A DNA stretch of 50,612 nt from Ktedonobacteraceae bacterium (GCA_025928885.1 JAICIM010000001.1:1-50612), one strand, 5' to 3'. Shown: positions 28,635-39,341, counted from the stretch's first letter. The notes: generated by a model from the letters alone, not told the origin. Numbers and translations are program-made.

Positions 28635-29440
28635 ATCTGATAGTCCATCTCACCGTTCCAGCCCTGCGTCAACTCTTCGTGTTTTACCAGGGCTTCACCA
28701 CCTTTGACGAGCAATTCGGCTGGTTTGGCGGCAACAACCGAGTTCGGGGCGACCGACTCAAGCACAAGCGCCATCGCACCTATCTTGCTGCCCTCGCCAA
28801 TAGTGATTGGTCCCAGAACAGCCGCACCAACTCCAATATGTACATCGTCCTTGATCGTGGGATGGCGCTTCTGCTTGCGTCCAGGACTGGGACGCCACCA
28901 TCCTGTTGCTCCCAGTGTGACCTGGTGATACAGCATCACATTATCGCCAATGACCGTTGTCTCGCCGATGACGATACCTGCGCCGTGATCGATGAAAAAG
29001 CGCTTCCCTATTTGTGCGCCAGGATGAATCTCTATACCACCGGTCACAAAACGAGCAAATTGTGATATCAGGCGCGGTAAAAGTGGAATGTGCGCTTTGT
29101 AAAGGGCATGAGCAATGCGGTGATAAAGGATGGCCCAGAGACCCTGGTAGAGTAGCGCCTCAAAGATGTTGTGGCAGGCAGGGTCTTTCTCAAAAATGAC
29201 ATCGATAGCGTCAGGCCAGCGTGTGCGGCGGCGTGGTGTTTCCCCTGGAGCAGGGATAAAGACGCCGGGAGGCAGTTGTGGAAGATGTGAAAGGTCCGTT
29301 TCCTCGGCCTGATTCTCGGTTTCCTCTGAAATGCTTTGTGATCCCTGCGACATGTATGCTTTTATCCTTTTCCAGCGTGAGCTAGTAATGCTTTCATCCA
29401 CTCTAGTATCGAGTGTATGGCAGGGAGTAATGCTTGTCAA
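28631..29440 (-). CDS. cysE: Serine O-acetyltransferase
   Basis: The left-handed beta-helix hexapeptide region reads GIEIHPGAQIGKRFFIDHGAGIVIGETTVIGDNVMLYHQVTLG. An alternative start is ATG 29353 (MSQGSQ...). Confidence 0.85.
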
Positions 29441-29582
29441 GAGGAATATTTGTTTGTGTCACTTTATTGAGCGGCAGCCACTTCCGATCTCAAGGAGGTA
29501 GAGCATAAATTTCTGATTAGCGCCTCCTTCTATTATTTCCTTCAACGCGCCAGAAAAAATTTCATTTTGCCCACTCTAGCTA

Positions 29583-29611
29583 TTGACAAGTCGGCGGTAG
29601 TTCGCTATACT
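29583..29611 (+). promoter_or_regulatory. Sigma-70-type promoter for tRNA-His
   Basis: TTGACA (29583-29588), a 17-nt spacer and TATACT (29606-29611). The -10 element ends about 25 nt upstream of the tRNA. Confidence 0.7.
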
Positions 29612-29636
29612 GTCGCTGTGCTGAGAGGCGCGATGT

Positions 29637-29713
29637 GGTGGCCGTAGCTCAATAGGTGGAGCTCTGGATTGTGGCTCCAGTGGTTGTGGGTTCGAGCCCC
29701 ATCGGTCACCCCA
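29637..29713 (+). tRNA. tRNA-His (GTG anticodon)
   Basis: The cloverleaf was folded by eye. The acceptor stem is GTGGCCG/CGGTCAC and the anticodon arm is CTGGA-TTGTGGC-TCCAG. The T arm is GTGGG-TTCGAGC-CCCAT. There is an encoded G-1 opposite C73 and an encoded 3' CCA. Confidence 0.9.
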
Positions 29714-29716
29714 AAT

Positions 29717-29756
29717 AAAAAACCGGAAGCGTTGGTTGCAATGCTTCCGGTTTTTT
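29717..29756 (+). terminator. Rho-independent terminator after tRNA-His
   Basis: An A-run is followed by the stem ccggaagc / gcttccgg with a 12-nt loop, and then TTTTTT. Confidence 0.8.
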
Positions 29757-29823
29757 ACATGCAAAAAGAGGCAGTACTCCTGCGTCTTATTAGTGTATCG
29801 ATCGGCTCTCTCCTCTTCAGTTC

Positions 29824-29865
29824 TTTGCGACAAATTTGCGACATATACGTGATGTGACTGCGACA
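29824..29865 (+). promoter_or_regulatory. Phased direct repeats TGCGACA x3 (candidate OmpR/PhoB-type binding site)
   Basis: TTTGCGACA occurs at 29824-29832 and again at 29835-29843. TGCGACA occurs at 29859-29865. The repeat starts are spaced 11 and 22 nt apart. A TATAGT -10-like hexamer lies at 29874-29879. Confidence 0.45.
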
Positions 29866-29969
29866 AGTCTTTGGTATAGTAGTTTCAGGATCAGTGCTAT
29901 TTTTGAGGAGGAGGGGATGACTTAAACTGCTTGCCCCGGTTGCAAGATAGATCAAAAAGGAAAAGTAAT

Positions 29970-30536
29970 ATGAATTGGAATAACGAAACGCGACAAGATT
30001 TCGCTACTCAGCGCGAGTATTCAGGTTATACAGGGACGCACGAACAGGCATCTCAGATGTTTGAGCAGCAATCACAGCAACAGCAGCAGGAAACCTATCG
30101 GCCAGAGTTTCAATCGGCACAAATGAATGGACAGGTACCGTATGGCTATCCGCCCCTGTTTTCGTCGGCTCAACCGATGGATGGAGCACGGCTCGGCGCT
30201 GCTCTAAGCTATGGCCTGGGCTGGCTTTCTGGCCTGCTTTTCTTCCTTTTCGCCGGTGAAAATCGCTATATTCGCTTTCATGCACTGCAATCGATAGCGT
30301 TTTTCGGGGTTATCAATTTACTTGATATGATTGTGCCTCTGTCCTGGCTCGGAATGAGGTGGGTACATGCTCCCTGGCTGGTTATCTTGAGCTTTTTTTT
30401 CCTGATGATCATCAACCTCATCGGCTTCGTTGGCTGGTTAGTGGGGATTATCCAGGCGGGGAGAGGCGTGTATTATAAGCTGCCGTTTGTTGGCGAGGTC
30501 GTGGCCCGGCGCATGAATTGGAATACGATAAAATAA
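29970..30536 (+). CDS. DUF4870-like small membrane protein with Gln-rich N-terminus
   Basis: LGAALSYGLGWLSGLLFFLFAGENRYIRFHALQSIAFFG fits the DUF4870 pattern. There are 3-4 hydrophobic helices. I take ATG 29970 (MNWNNE) as the start. Confidence 0.55.
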   Translation: MNWNNETRQDFATQREYSGYTGTHEQASQMFEQQSQQQQQETYRPEFQSAQMNGQVPYGYPPLFSSAQPMDGARLGAALSYGLGWLSGLLFFLFAGENRYIRFHALQSIAFFGVINLLDMIVPLSWLGMRWVHAPWLVILSFFFLMIINLIGFVGWLVGIIQAGRGVYYKLPFVGEVVARRMNWNTIK

Positions 30537-30686
30537 GACAGCTTCTTTTGATATAGAAGAATGTATGCGAAAGAGTAGTAATAGAGACATGGAGAGTTTG
30601 GGTGCCAGATGTATTCTATGATACGATACACTGGAATCCGAACTTTATTGTTTATGATCGATGTATATTTCAGGTGAGACCCGGGT

Positions 30687-31388
30687 ATGACGACACTTTT
30701 GCTGGTAGAAGATACCTATGATCTGGCACAGGTAATCATACGAGAATTAGAAGCGAGTGGATATCATGTGCTACATGCCACTGATGGAATAACGGCATTG
30801 CAACTCCACTCCAGGGAACGGCCCGCGCTCGTTATTCTCGATTGGATGATTCCTAAAATGGATGGCCTGGAAGTATTGCGCCGTTTGCGTCAAACAGCTC
30901 CCACTCCCGTTTTAATGATTACTGCTCGGGGCGAGGAGACCGATCGTGTGGTTGGCCTGGAACTGGGTGCCGATGATTATTTGACCAAGCCGTTTAGCAT
31001 GCGCGAGTTCATTGCTCGCGTCCGCGCATTGTTGCGTCGAGCCGAACTGGTGCAGCAGATTCTTCATGCTGACCATAGCGGTTCTGCATCGATGTTAACC
31101 TATAGTGAGCTACAACTTGATCCCCAGGCCCACCAGGTTGTCCTTGAGGGTACTCAGCTTGATCTTAGCCCTACCGAATTCGCTTTATTGCATTTACTCT
31201 TGCGCAGTCCTGGTCGTGCTTTTAGCCGCTCCTATCTACTCGATACAGTATGGGGGGAAACCTATGCTGGTGGTGATCGTTCGGTGGATAATACCGTTCT
31301 CCGCCTGCGCAAAAAGCTGGGAGTACTTGGCGATGCGGTGGAGACCGTATGGGGAATAGGCTATCGATTACGCCCTGAAAGGTCATGA
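30687..31388 (+). CDS. Response regulator, OmpR/PhoB family (winged helix)
   Basis: The receiver domain shows LLLVEDT, LVILDWMIPKMDG and TKPF. The C-terminal winged helix reads LSPTEFALLHLLL...VWGIGYRL. Confidence 0.9.
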   Translation: MTTLLLVEDTYDLAQVIIRELEASGYHVLHATDGITALQLHSRERPALVILDWMIPKMDGLEVLRRLRQTAPTPVLMITARGEETDRVVGLELGADDYLTKPFSMREFIARVRALLRRAELVQQILHADHSGSASMLTYSELQLDPQAHQVVLEGTQLDLSPTEFALLHLLLRSPGRAFSRSYLLDTVWGETYAGGDRSVDNTVLRLRKKLGVLGDAVETVWGIGYRLRPERS

Positions 31389-32950
31389 TGATGCGCCGCT
31401 GGTCCTCTTTGTTCTTTCGAGTTGGTCCTATACGAGCGCTGCTCGAAGCACTCGTGTTGAGCTTCCTTGTCTGGGGGATCACATCGCTTTTTGCTGGGAG
31501 CAGTCAAGGGATTGCACCTTTCATGAATGCTCACGTGCTGGCTGATCCTCTTTTTCTCTTCTGGTTCGCCCTGCGTTTACACACCTTTAAAGGACACTGG
31601 TGGCGACAGACCATCATCACGCTCTTGATTGGCGGGGGTATGAGCCTTGCTCTCGCCGCCTTCTTCCGCTTTTTGTTTGATAAAACCTATGCCCTTTCCC
31701 CTCGCGAGTATGATCAATTCGTCTTTCCCGTGACATTCGCTATTATCCTCCTCAATTTTGGGGCCTTTTTTGCTGGACGCATCGGGCCGCGCATCCTCAT
31801 TTTCTGGGATCAACTCAGACGTACACGCCTGATCTGGGCGTTGACGCATGCTCAGGTGATGGTCGTGGCGTTCGGAGCCGGTGTGTTGATTGTTGCCGCC
31901 GATCTGATTCTGATTTTGACGCATAGTGGACCCGGTTTCAGGATTATCTCTACAACGGTGGGGCTGCTGATTGTGAGCGTCATTACGATGGTAGCAATTG
32001 TGCCGCCGTCAGCCCTGTTTTCCTACTTCGCTATGCATCGCACTATTAACCGCGTGCAGGCGCTCACGCTGGCAACCAGCTCTCTGCGCAATAGCAATTA
32101 TGCTGTGCGCGTCTCCGTCAAGGGAGAGGATGAGGTGGCGCAATTGCAGACCGATTTCAATGCAATGGCCGCCAATCTTGAAAGTACGATGCATGAGTTG
32201 CAGGAAGAACGCGATACCGTCTCCTCGCTTTTGCAGTCGCGCCGCGAACTGATTGCGAGCGTCTCGCATGAGCTAAGAACGCCGGTTGCCACCTTACGCG
32301 GATATCTGGAAACGACCTTGATCCACTGGGATGACATTTCTCTGGCGACGCTCCATCATGATTTACACGTGATGGAGGATGAGGTGGTGCATCTGCAAAA
32401 TCTGGTGGAGGACCTTTTCACGCTGGCTCGCTCGGAGGTCGGCAGGCTCGCTTTACAATGCAAGCCAACCGACGTGGGCAGGATGATTCGCCGTATCGTA
32501 GATGCCAGCGCCCCGTTGGCCTGGACAAAGAGCAAGATTGATCTGGTCGCAGAAGTGCCGGAGAAAACTCCTGCTGTGTTCGTCGATCCCGTTCGTGTAG
32601 AGCAGGCTCTACAAAATCTGTTGCATAATGGCTTACGCCACACGCCTCCTGGCGGTATCATTGCGGTTGTTGTGCTGGTAGAGGCTGAGGGAGTGGTTAT
32701 TCAAGTGAAGGATACCGGCGAGGGAATTGCTCCAGACGATCTTCCTCATGTCTGGGAGCGCTTTTATCAGGCCGAAAGCGCACGGACCGGGATGGGTGGA
32801 GGCAGTGGGCTGGGTCTGGCGCTGGTAAAAGAGTGGGTGGAGGCAATGGGAGGGATGGCTGCAGTTGAGAGTATACCCGGCGAGGGTAGTTGTTTTAGTA
32901 TTCGTTTCCCCGCGATGCAGCAGGCAAAGCTGGTAGAAAGCGAAGTGTAG
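31385..32950 (+). CDS. Membrane sensor histidine kinase (HAMP-HisKA-HATPase_c)
   Basis: The start overlaps the response-regulator stop as ATGA. Several N-terminal TM helices are present. The H-box reads SVSHELRTPVATL, with N, G1 and G2 boxes LLHNGLRHT, DTGEGI and GSGLGLALV. Confidence 0.9.
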   Translation: MMMRRWSSLFFRVGPIRALLEALVLSFLVWGITSLFAGSSQGIAPFMNAHVLADPLFLFWFALRLHTFKGHWWRQTIITLLIGGGMSLALAAFFRFLFDKTYALSPREYDQFVFPVTFAIILLNFGAFFAGRIGPRILIFWDQLRRTRLIWALTHAQVMVVAFGAGVLIVAADLILILTHSGPGFRIISTTVGLLIVSVITMVAIVPPSALFSYFAMHRTINRVQALTLATSSLRNSNYAVRVSVKGEDEVAQLQTDFNAMAANLESTMHELQEERDTVSSLLQSRRELIASVSHELRTPVATLRGYLETTLIHWDDISLATLHHDLHVMEDEVVHLQNLVEDLFTLARSEVGRLALQCKPTDVGRMIRRIVDASAPLAWTKSKIDLVAEVPEKTPAVFVDPVRVEQALQNLLHNGLRHTPPGGIIAVVVLVEAEGVVIQVKDTGEGIAPDDLPHVWERFYQAESARTGMGGGSGLGLALVKEWVEAMGGMAAVESIPGEGSCFSIRFPAMQQAKLVESEV

Positions 32951-32970
32951 GGGAAAAGATACTCCCCTAC
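32947..32970. terminator. Short hairpin at the convergent junction
   Basis: GTAGGGG-10 nt-CCCCTAC overlaps the kinase stop codon. It is weak and has no U tract. Confidence 0.3.
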
Positions 32971-33003
32971 ACCTGGATCAGCAGCTACTATTTCTAGCGA
33001 CAA

Positions 33004-34620
33004 TCATTTCCATTTCAGCGCTTGCGTGTAAATCTGCATGCTGGCACTATCGCGTGTATCAGCCCAGGCCGCATGGGTAACATCATCTGGCCCGGTAACG
33101 AGCTGGTTGTAGTCGCCAAAGAAGAGGCAATTGGGTGTGCCAATGCAGGGATTAAATGATATTGCGCTAATGGCCTGCTGTTTCGGAAAGGTTTTTCCTC
33201 CATCCGTCGATTGGCCCACAAAATATTCCAGCTTCACGTGGAGCGGATCTTTGCGGCCATCATACCATCCCACATAGATGTTCCCCCGGCTATCGGTTGA
33301 GGCCCAGGGAAAGATGTGATCTTTTCCGCTATTGATGGCATCATTGTTGACGCGCGTAATAGTAGCTGCACCAGTGGGCGTATTGACTGCGGCCAGATAC
33401 ACACTCGGCGTACCATTTGCCTGGTTTGAACCAATTTGAGTGGCTGAAAAAGCACAATAGGCGATGTTTTTAAAGCTACTACATCCTGGCGCAATCGTCC
33501 CCCGGTCACGAAATTGCCAGTTGGGATTGCCCAGTCCCGAATATTGGAACGTGGTGATTGGTTTTGAGTTCACTGTCCAGGTATTTGCGACGAGCGACGA
33601 CTCATACATAGCGATGGTGGGATAGTTTGTGAAATCTTCAAAGAAGATATGTGCCGTTCCATTGCTATCGATGACCATATCGGAAAATTGTGCCTGCGTG
33701 AACGTGCCGCTCACCAGTTTAGGGAGAGAAAAAGGCAGGTCCACCCCTGCTGCGTCGGCTTCGAGGATGACAGACGAGTATGCTGGAATAGTGACCGTAT
33801 TATGCTTGCATGGCTGGGCTGCATGACAAAAATAGGTGTAATAAACGTAGATGCTATTTTTTGTCGGACTGCTGTTACTGGTGTCAACCGTAATCAATGG
33901 CTTATCCACTGAGGCTGAACAATTATCTGTTGTTAATGCTCCCACGCCATGACAGGGGGCGTAATCGATGCTTGTCGGTGTGAGACTGGCACTACTACCA
34001 TTATCTGTTCCCTGTATTACTTCAATTTCGCTATCAAAGTTAAAGTACTGCGTGGTAGCATCAGAGAATGTATTCCCGGATACATTGCTGAAGAAGGCAT
34101 GCCCCTCGCGATCGAAAGCACTGCCTGGATTGTTTTGGTAATTGTAGGGAGCAAATGTCGCGGCATCTATACCGGTTGCCATCGCATCGTCGCTCCATGT
34201 GCGTCCACCATCGGTTGTGATGTGATAGTACACGTGGTTAAAATTCTGGCGGAAATCGCTGGTGGCAACCACCATATTGTTGCCATTGACTGGATCGACG
34301 GCGGCGCTCACACCAGCTTTCGGCCAGCCATTATGATCTTGATTTACTTTGATATTGGTCGTCGTGCTCGTATCAGGTTTTTTAGCCGGAGCCTGCCGCC
34401 TGATGAATGCCTGCATGGCTGTATCTGTTACCATTTGTTGTGAAAAAAACGGGGCTTTATGTTGTTTCGTCATCAAGGCGACATAGCTTTGATAGTTGTT
34501 TGCTGACTGCTCTGGTTCTGCAGCATGAGCACTGACAATGGTGGTGGTGCTGCCGAGCAATAGCGCAAGCATGAGCAATAGACCTGTCGCGCCTTTCCAA
34601 TGAATGAGGAGCCGTCTCAT
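33004..34620 (-). CDS. Secreted BNR/Asp-box (sialidase-like beta-propeller) protein
   Basis: A signal peptide is present (LLMLALLLGSTTTIVSAHA). Asp-box motifs are TTDGGRTWSD and STDGGKTF. ATG 34620 is preceded by GGAAGGAAGAGG; the ORF-track start at 34644 is a GTG. Confidence 0.6.
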   Translation of the reverse strand: MRRLLIHWKGATGLLLMLALLLGSTTTIVSAHAAEPEQSANNYQSYVALMTKQHKAPFFSQQMVTDTAMQAFIRRQAPAKKPDTSTTTNIKVNQDHNGWPKAGVSAAVDPVNGNNMVVATSDFRQNFNHVYYHITTDGGRTWSDDAMATGIDAATFAPYNYQNNPGSAFDREGHAFFSNVSGNTFSDATTQYFNFDSEIEVIQGTDNGSSASLTPTSIDYAPCHGVGALTTDNCSASVDKPLITVDTSNSSPTKNSIYVYYTYFCHAAQPCKHNTVTIPAYSSVILEADAAGVDLPFSLPKLVSGTFTQAQFSDMVIDSNGTAHIFFEDFTNYPTIAMYESSLVANTWTVNSKPITTFQYSGLGNPNWQFRDRGTIAPGCSSFKNIAYCAFSATQIGSNQANGTPSVYLAAVNTPTGAATITRVNNDAINSGKDHIFPWASTDSRGNIYVGWYDGRKDPLHVKLEYFVGQSTDGGKTFPKQQAISAISFNPCIGTPNCLFFGDYNQLVTGPDDVTHAAWADTRDSASMQIYTQALKWK

Positions 34621-34902
34621 GTGTGATAACCTCTTCCTTCCCACTTATCCCTCAAATACTTTAGCGAAGAAATGCCTGAAAAATTGTCTCGTTTCTCTTC
34701 ATTAAAGATACTCTTAAAGAAAGGAAATGTCAAATTTTACTGTTATGTATGTAAACATTTCAAAATTCGCTCTTCAAATTTGCTATATGCGAGATTGTAG
34801 AGAGATATATAGCTTTACTGATGATCTCTTGCAAAGATATTTTCAAAGGGGATTGTGTTATAATTGAGAAGCATATTCGAGAGATGAAAGGACGCATGAA
34901 GC

Positions 34903-35913
34903 ATGCAAGGCTCTCAAGCCATTCATCGTAACCCGATACGTTGGGGCATTCTGAGCACGGCAAATATTGGTGTCAAAGCTGTGGCCCCCGCTATTATAGC
35001 CTCTTCCAATGGTCAACTGGTTGCTGTTGCGAGCCGTGATGAGAAACGTGCCGCCGATGTCTATGCTTTTGCACCCCGGGTGCGTATTTATAGTCATTAT
35101 GAGCAGATCATTCAAGATCCAGAGATAGACGCTATTTATAATCCTTTACCCAACAGTCTGCATGCCGAATGGACAATCAAGGCGCTGCAAGCGGGAAAAC
35201 ACGTCTTATGTGAAAAGCCGATGGCTGTGACGGCGCGAGAGGCGGCGTCAATGGTAGAGGTTGCGCACGCACATGATGTGCTGTTGATGGAGGCGTTTAT
35301 GTATCGTTTCCATCCGCAGATTGTATGGGCCTTAGAGCAGGCGCATAGCGGCGTGGTCGGTCCTATCAGGCTTGTGCGGGCTTCGTTCTCCTTTGATCTA
35401 CGCGCACACCCAGAGAATATTCGTATGAATGCCGAATTAGCTGGCGGCTCGCTCATGGATGTTGGCTGTTATCCGGTCAACCTCTGTCGTGCCGTCTATG
35501 GATATCCTCCCCAGGCAGTGGCCGCCCGCGTGCATGTTCCCAGGCCAGGCAGCATCGATATGGCAACGAACGCCGTCCTCGATTTTGGCGATGGCCGTTT
35601 TGGTTTGATCGATTCCAGTTTTGAGCTAACCGGTCGCCAATCAGCTGAGATTATCGGCGAACTGGGAACGATCACTATTCCTGTTCCTTTTGTACCCGGC
35701 ATCCGTGAGATGACTGTCTTCGTGACAAAAAATGGGCAAATGAACGAGCAAACATTCCCGGCTATCGATCAATATCAACTGGAAGTAGAACATTTTGCCG
35801 CTTGTATCCGTTCCCAGGAGGAACCAGTCAGGCGTTTAAGCGAAACACTGGAAAATATGGCCACTATTGAGGCCATCTATCAGGCAGCCGGTCACGATTG
35901 GCCTATTGTGTAG
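34903..35913 (+). CDS. Gfo/Idh/MocA-family NAD(P)-dependent oxidoreductase
   Basis: IRWGILSTANIG...VAVASRD and the EKP motif (LCEKPMA) are present. Confidence 0.85.
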   Translation: MQGSQAIHRNPIRWGILSTANIGVKAVAPAIIASSNGQLVAVASRDEKRAADVYAFAPRVRIYSHYEQIIQDPEIDAIYNPLPNSLHAEWTIKALQAGKHVLCEKPMAVTAREAASMVEVAHAHDVLLMEAFMYRFHPQIVWALEQAHSGVVGPIRLVRASFSFDLRAHPENIRMNAELAGGSLMDVGCYPVNLCRAVYGYPPQAVAARVHVPRPGSIDMATNAVLDFGDGRFGLIDSSFELTGRQSAEIIGELGTITIPVPFVPGIREMTVFVTKNGQMNEQTFPAIDQYQLEVEHFAACIRSQEEPVRRLSETLENMATIEAIYQAAGHDWPIV

Positions 35914-35962
35914 ACCAATCTAACTCTTCCATTTAAATTTGCAGTTTTTATTGACGATATTG

Positions 35963-36007
35963 GGGCTTTCATCGTTTAGATAGTAGGGCTTTCAATATTA
36001 CTAGATA
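35963..36007 (+). repeat. Tandem direct repeat GGGCTTTCA-N-TAGATA (two units)
   Basis: GGGCTTTCATCGTTTAGATA occupies 35963-35982 and GGGCTTTCAATATTACTAGATA occupies 35986-36007. Both lie in the 350-nt spacer upstream of the small ORF. Confidence 0.5.
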
Positions 36008-36266
36008 AAGCGGGGATGTTCTCTTCGTAGCAAGAGGATTGCCCTGAACTGCCTCTTCGTGCAAAGTATGTGTACCAAAGTATTGACCATATCGTGTAAC
36101 CGATGACAAACTTTTACCATATTTTGCGGTCGGGCTTCTCATCACGGCTATTTTTGTTTGTTGATGTAGGCGTACCTGGTTTCTGACGGAAGACTGGGCA
36201 TACTACTAGTGGATAGTTATCCATTGCCTGGATGGGGCAATGGTATATTCCTTACAGGAGGGCTGT

Positions 36267-36512
36267 ATGATGGATGCAATCATTGGACGGTACAGAGCGC
36301 GTATGGAAGAGAGCGGCCTTGTTCTCAGGCATGCATCAGGCATCAATTTTGATTTGACGCCAGAGGAGACATTGGGGTTGCTCGATTTCATTAACGCCTA
36401 CCGCCAGACGTTGCTCTTTCTTCAGGAGCGTGAGCGTGACATGTTACAAGAGACATCGCGCGATACCGACCCGGAGATAGAGCGTATCGTTATCGATCGC
36501 GACGATAAATAA
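36267..36512 (+). CDS. Small hypothetical protein (81 aa)
   Basis: CAGGAGGG precedes ATG 36267. The product is acidic and predicted helical, with no family recognised. It ends 20 nt before the LLM oxidoreductase gene. Confidence 0.45.
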   Translation: MMDAIIGRYRARMEESGLVLRHASGINFDLTPEETLGLLDFINAYRQTLLFLQERERDMLQETSRDTDPEIERIVIDRDDK

Positions 36513-36532
36513 CTATTGCAATAAGGAACTTT

Positions 36533-37423
36533 TTGGTGAACAGCATCGATTTTGGTCTGATGCTCAGACAAAATGATCCGAATTATTCATTCGATCAATT
36601 GATGGATTTCAACCGGCGCTGTACTGAAGCTCTTACGGCGGGCTTCTCTACGTTATGGTTGGAGGATCATTTACAGGTGGGAGCTACTGATGCTTTGGAG
36701 TGCATTACGACGCTGAGCTATCTCGCGGCTCGGTATCCGCGCTTCAAGGTTGGATCTCTTGTGCTTGCACAGTCGTATCGTAATCCAGCGTTACTGGCAA
36801 AGATGGTTGCCAACCTGTATGCCCTCACGGGAGGCCGGGTGATTCTGGGATTGGGCGCGGGCTGGAAAGAAGATGAATATCTTGCGTATGGTTATCCGTT
36901 CCCTTCCATTAAAACGCGTATGGAGCAGTTGGAGGATACCATCCAGATCGTTCGCGCATTGTGGAGCAGCAGCCAGCCAGCGACGTTTGCCGGACATCAC
37001 TATCACATTCAGGACGCCTATTGCGCACCTCAGCCTGCTACCACGGTTCCGCTTTTGATCGGTGGCGGAGGCGAGCAGCGTACCCTGGCTCTGGTTGCCC
37101 GCTATGCAGATTGGTGGAACTTCAATTCCTGTCCACCGGAGCAATATGCTCATAAGGTTTCGGTTCTCAGGCAGCATTGTACGCAGATTGGCCGCGATCC
37201 TGCTGAGATCAAACTGACCTACCTGAGTACGTTAAGCGTCTCTGAAGATCCTGCGAAAGTGCAACGACATCCACAAAAGCACTTTATCGCTGGTAACGCC
37301 GCCGAAGTGACGCAAGAGATCGAGCGATTTCGTGCGCTGGGCGTCTCACATTTTATGTTCCGCATCCTGGATGTGGAGTCGTTAGAGCATTTCGTGGCGC
37401 GTGTCGTCCCAAACTTTCTCTGA
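36533..37423 (+). CDS. Luciferase-like monooxygenase (LLM) class, probably F420-dependent oxidoreductase
   Basis: FSTLWLEDHL, VILGLGAGW and LLIGGGGE are typical of LLM/F420 enzymes. The start is TTG 36533 or GTG 36536. Confidence 0.7.
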   Translation: MVNSIDFGLMLRQNDPNYSFDQLMDFNRRCTEALTAGFSTLWLEDHLQVGATDALECITTLSYLAARYPRFKVGSLVLAQSYRNPALLAKMVANLYALTGGRVILGLGAGWKEDEYLAYGYPFPSIKTRMEQLEDTIQIVRALWSSSQPATFAGHHYHIQDAYCAPQPATTVPLLIGGGGEQRTLALVARYADWWNFNSCPPEQYAHKVSVLRQHCTQIGRDPAEIKLTYLSTLSVSEDPAKVQRHPQKHFIAGNAAEVTQEIERFRALGVSHFMFRILDVESLEHFVARVVPNFL

Positions 37424-37432
37424 AGTCACAGA

Positions 37433-37484
37433 ACATAGAATAGCGAGTCAGCAATAATTGCATTGTGTACTCGCTATTCTATGT
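37433..37484. repeat. 16-bp perfect inverted repeat with nested palindrome
   Basis: ACATAGAATAGCGAGT (37433-37448) pairs with ACTCGCTATTCTATGT (37469-37484). The 20-nt loop contains GCAATAATTGC. The element lies between convergent stop codons and has no U tract on either strand. Confidence 0.6.
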
Positions 37485-37498
37485 GAGCTACAGGCCAC

Positions 37499-37999
37499 TT
37501 ATAATTTGCGCGACAAAATCACTCCGGTATTCAGTCCTACTGTATGTAATCCACCAAAAAATCGTGCATGCTCCATTTTTATGCATCTATTCTGCACAAA
37601 GATCAACCCGGCCTCCTGTACCCGCTTCCCCGTCTCATCGTTGTGAATACCCAGTTGTAGCCAGACAACCTTTGCACCAATTTTGATGGCCTCTTCCGCA
37701 ACCGGCAGCGTATCTTCGGCCTTACGAAAGACATCGACGATTTCGATTTGTTCCCCTGCGTCTTTTGCCTCGCTCAATGAAGCATACACATGTTTGCCCA
37801 GAATTGTTTGTCCTGCATAGCGTGGATTGACCAGCACGATATCGTAGCCTTCTGCCTGGAGATAGATGGCGACAAAATGGCTGGGTCGATACTGGTCCGC
37901 AGAGATGCCGACAATGGCAATGTGTCGATAGTGCTGCAACAATTTCAGCCGCTCATACATATCGGGAGTGAACGGAGTTGGCGATGTATCTGTACTCAT
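37499..37999 (-). CDS. CoA-binding domain protein (YccU/YneT-like)
   Basis: IAIVGISADQYRPSH...VNP...VDVFR fits the CoA_binding_2 pattern. ATG 37999 is preceded by AAGAAGGAGA. The ORF-track start at 38086 would overlap metY. Confidence 0.75.
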   Translation of the reverse strand: MSTDTSPTPFTPDMYERLKLLQHYRHIAIVGISADQYRPSHFVAIYLQAEGYDIVLVNPRYAGQTILGKHVYASLSEAKDAGEQIEIVDVFRKAEDTLPVAEEAIKIGAKVVWLQLGIHNDETGKRVQEAGLIFVQNRCIKMEHARFFGGLHTVGLNTGVILSRKL

Positions 38000-38018
38000 T
38001 TCTCCTTCTTTCACAAGA

Positions 38019-39341
<1,323 letters not shown>

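Noticed and set aside
29576-29866. 96-aa minus-strand ORF overlapping tRNA-His and its terminator.
   Set aside because: It lies across a well-folded tRNA gene and an intrinsic terminator, so it is spurious.
29714-29969. Genomic-island integration at tRNA-His (a direct repeat of the tRNA 3' end, or an integrase).
   Set aside because: No second copy of the tRNA 3' segment (TTCGAGCCCC...) was seen elsewhere in the window. No integrase or recombinase gene follows the tRNA.
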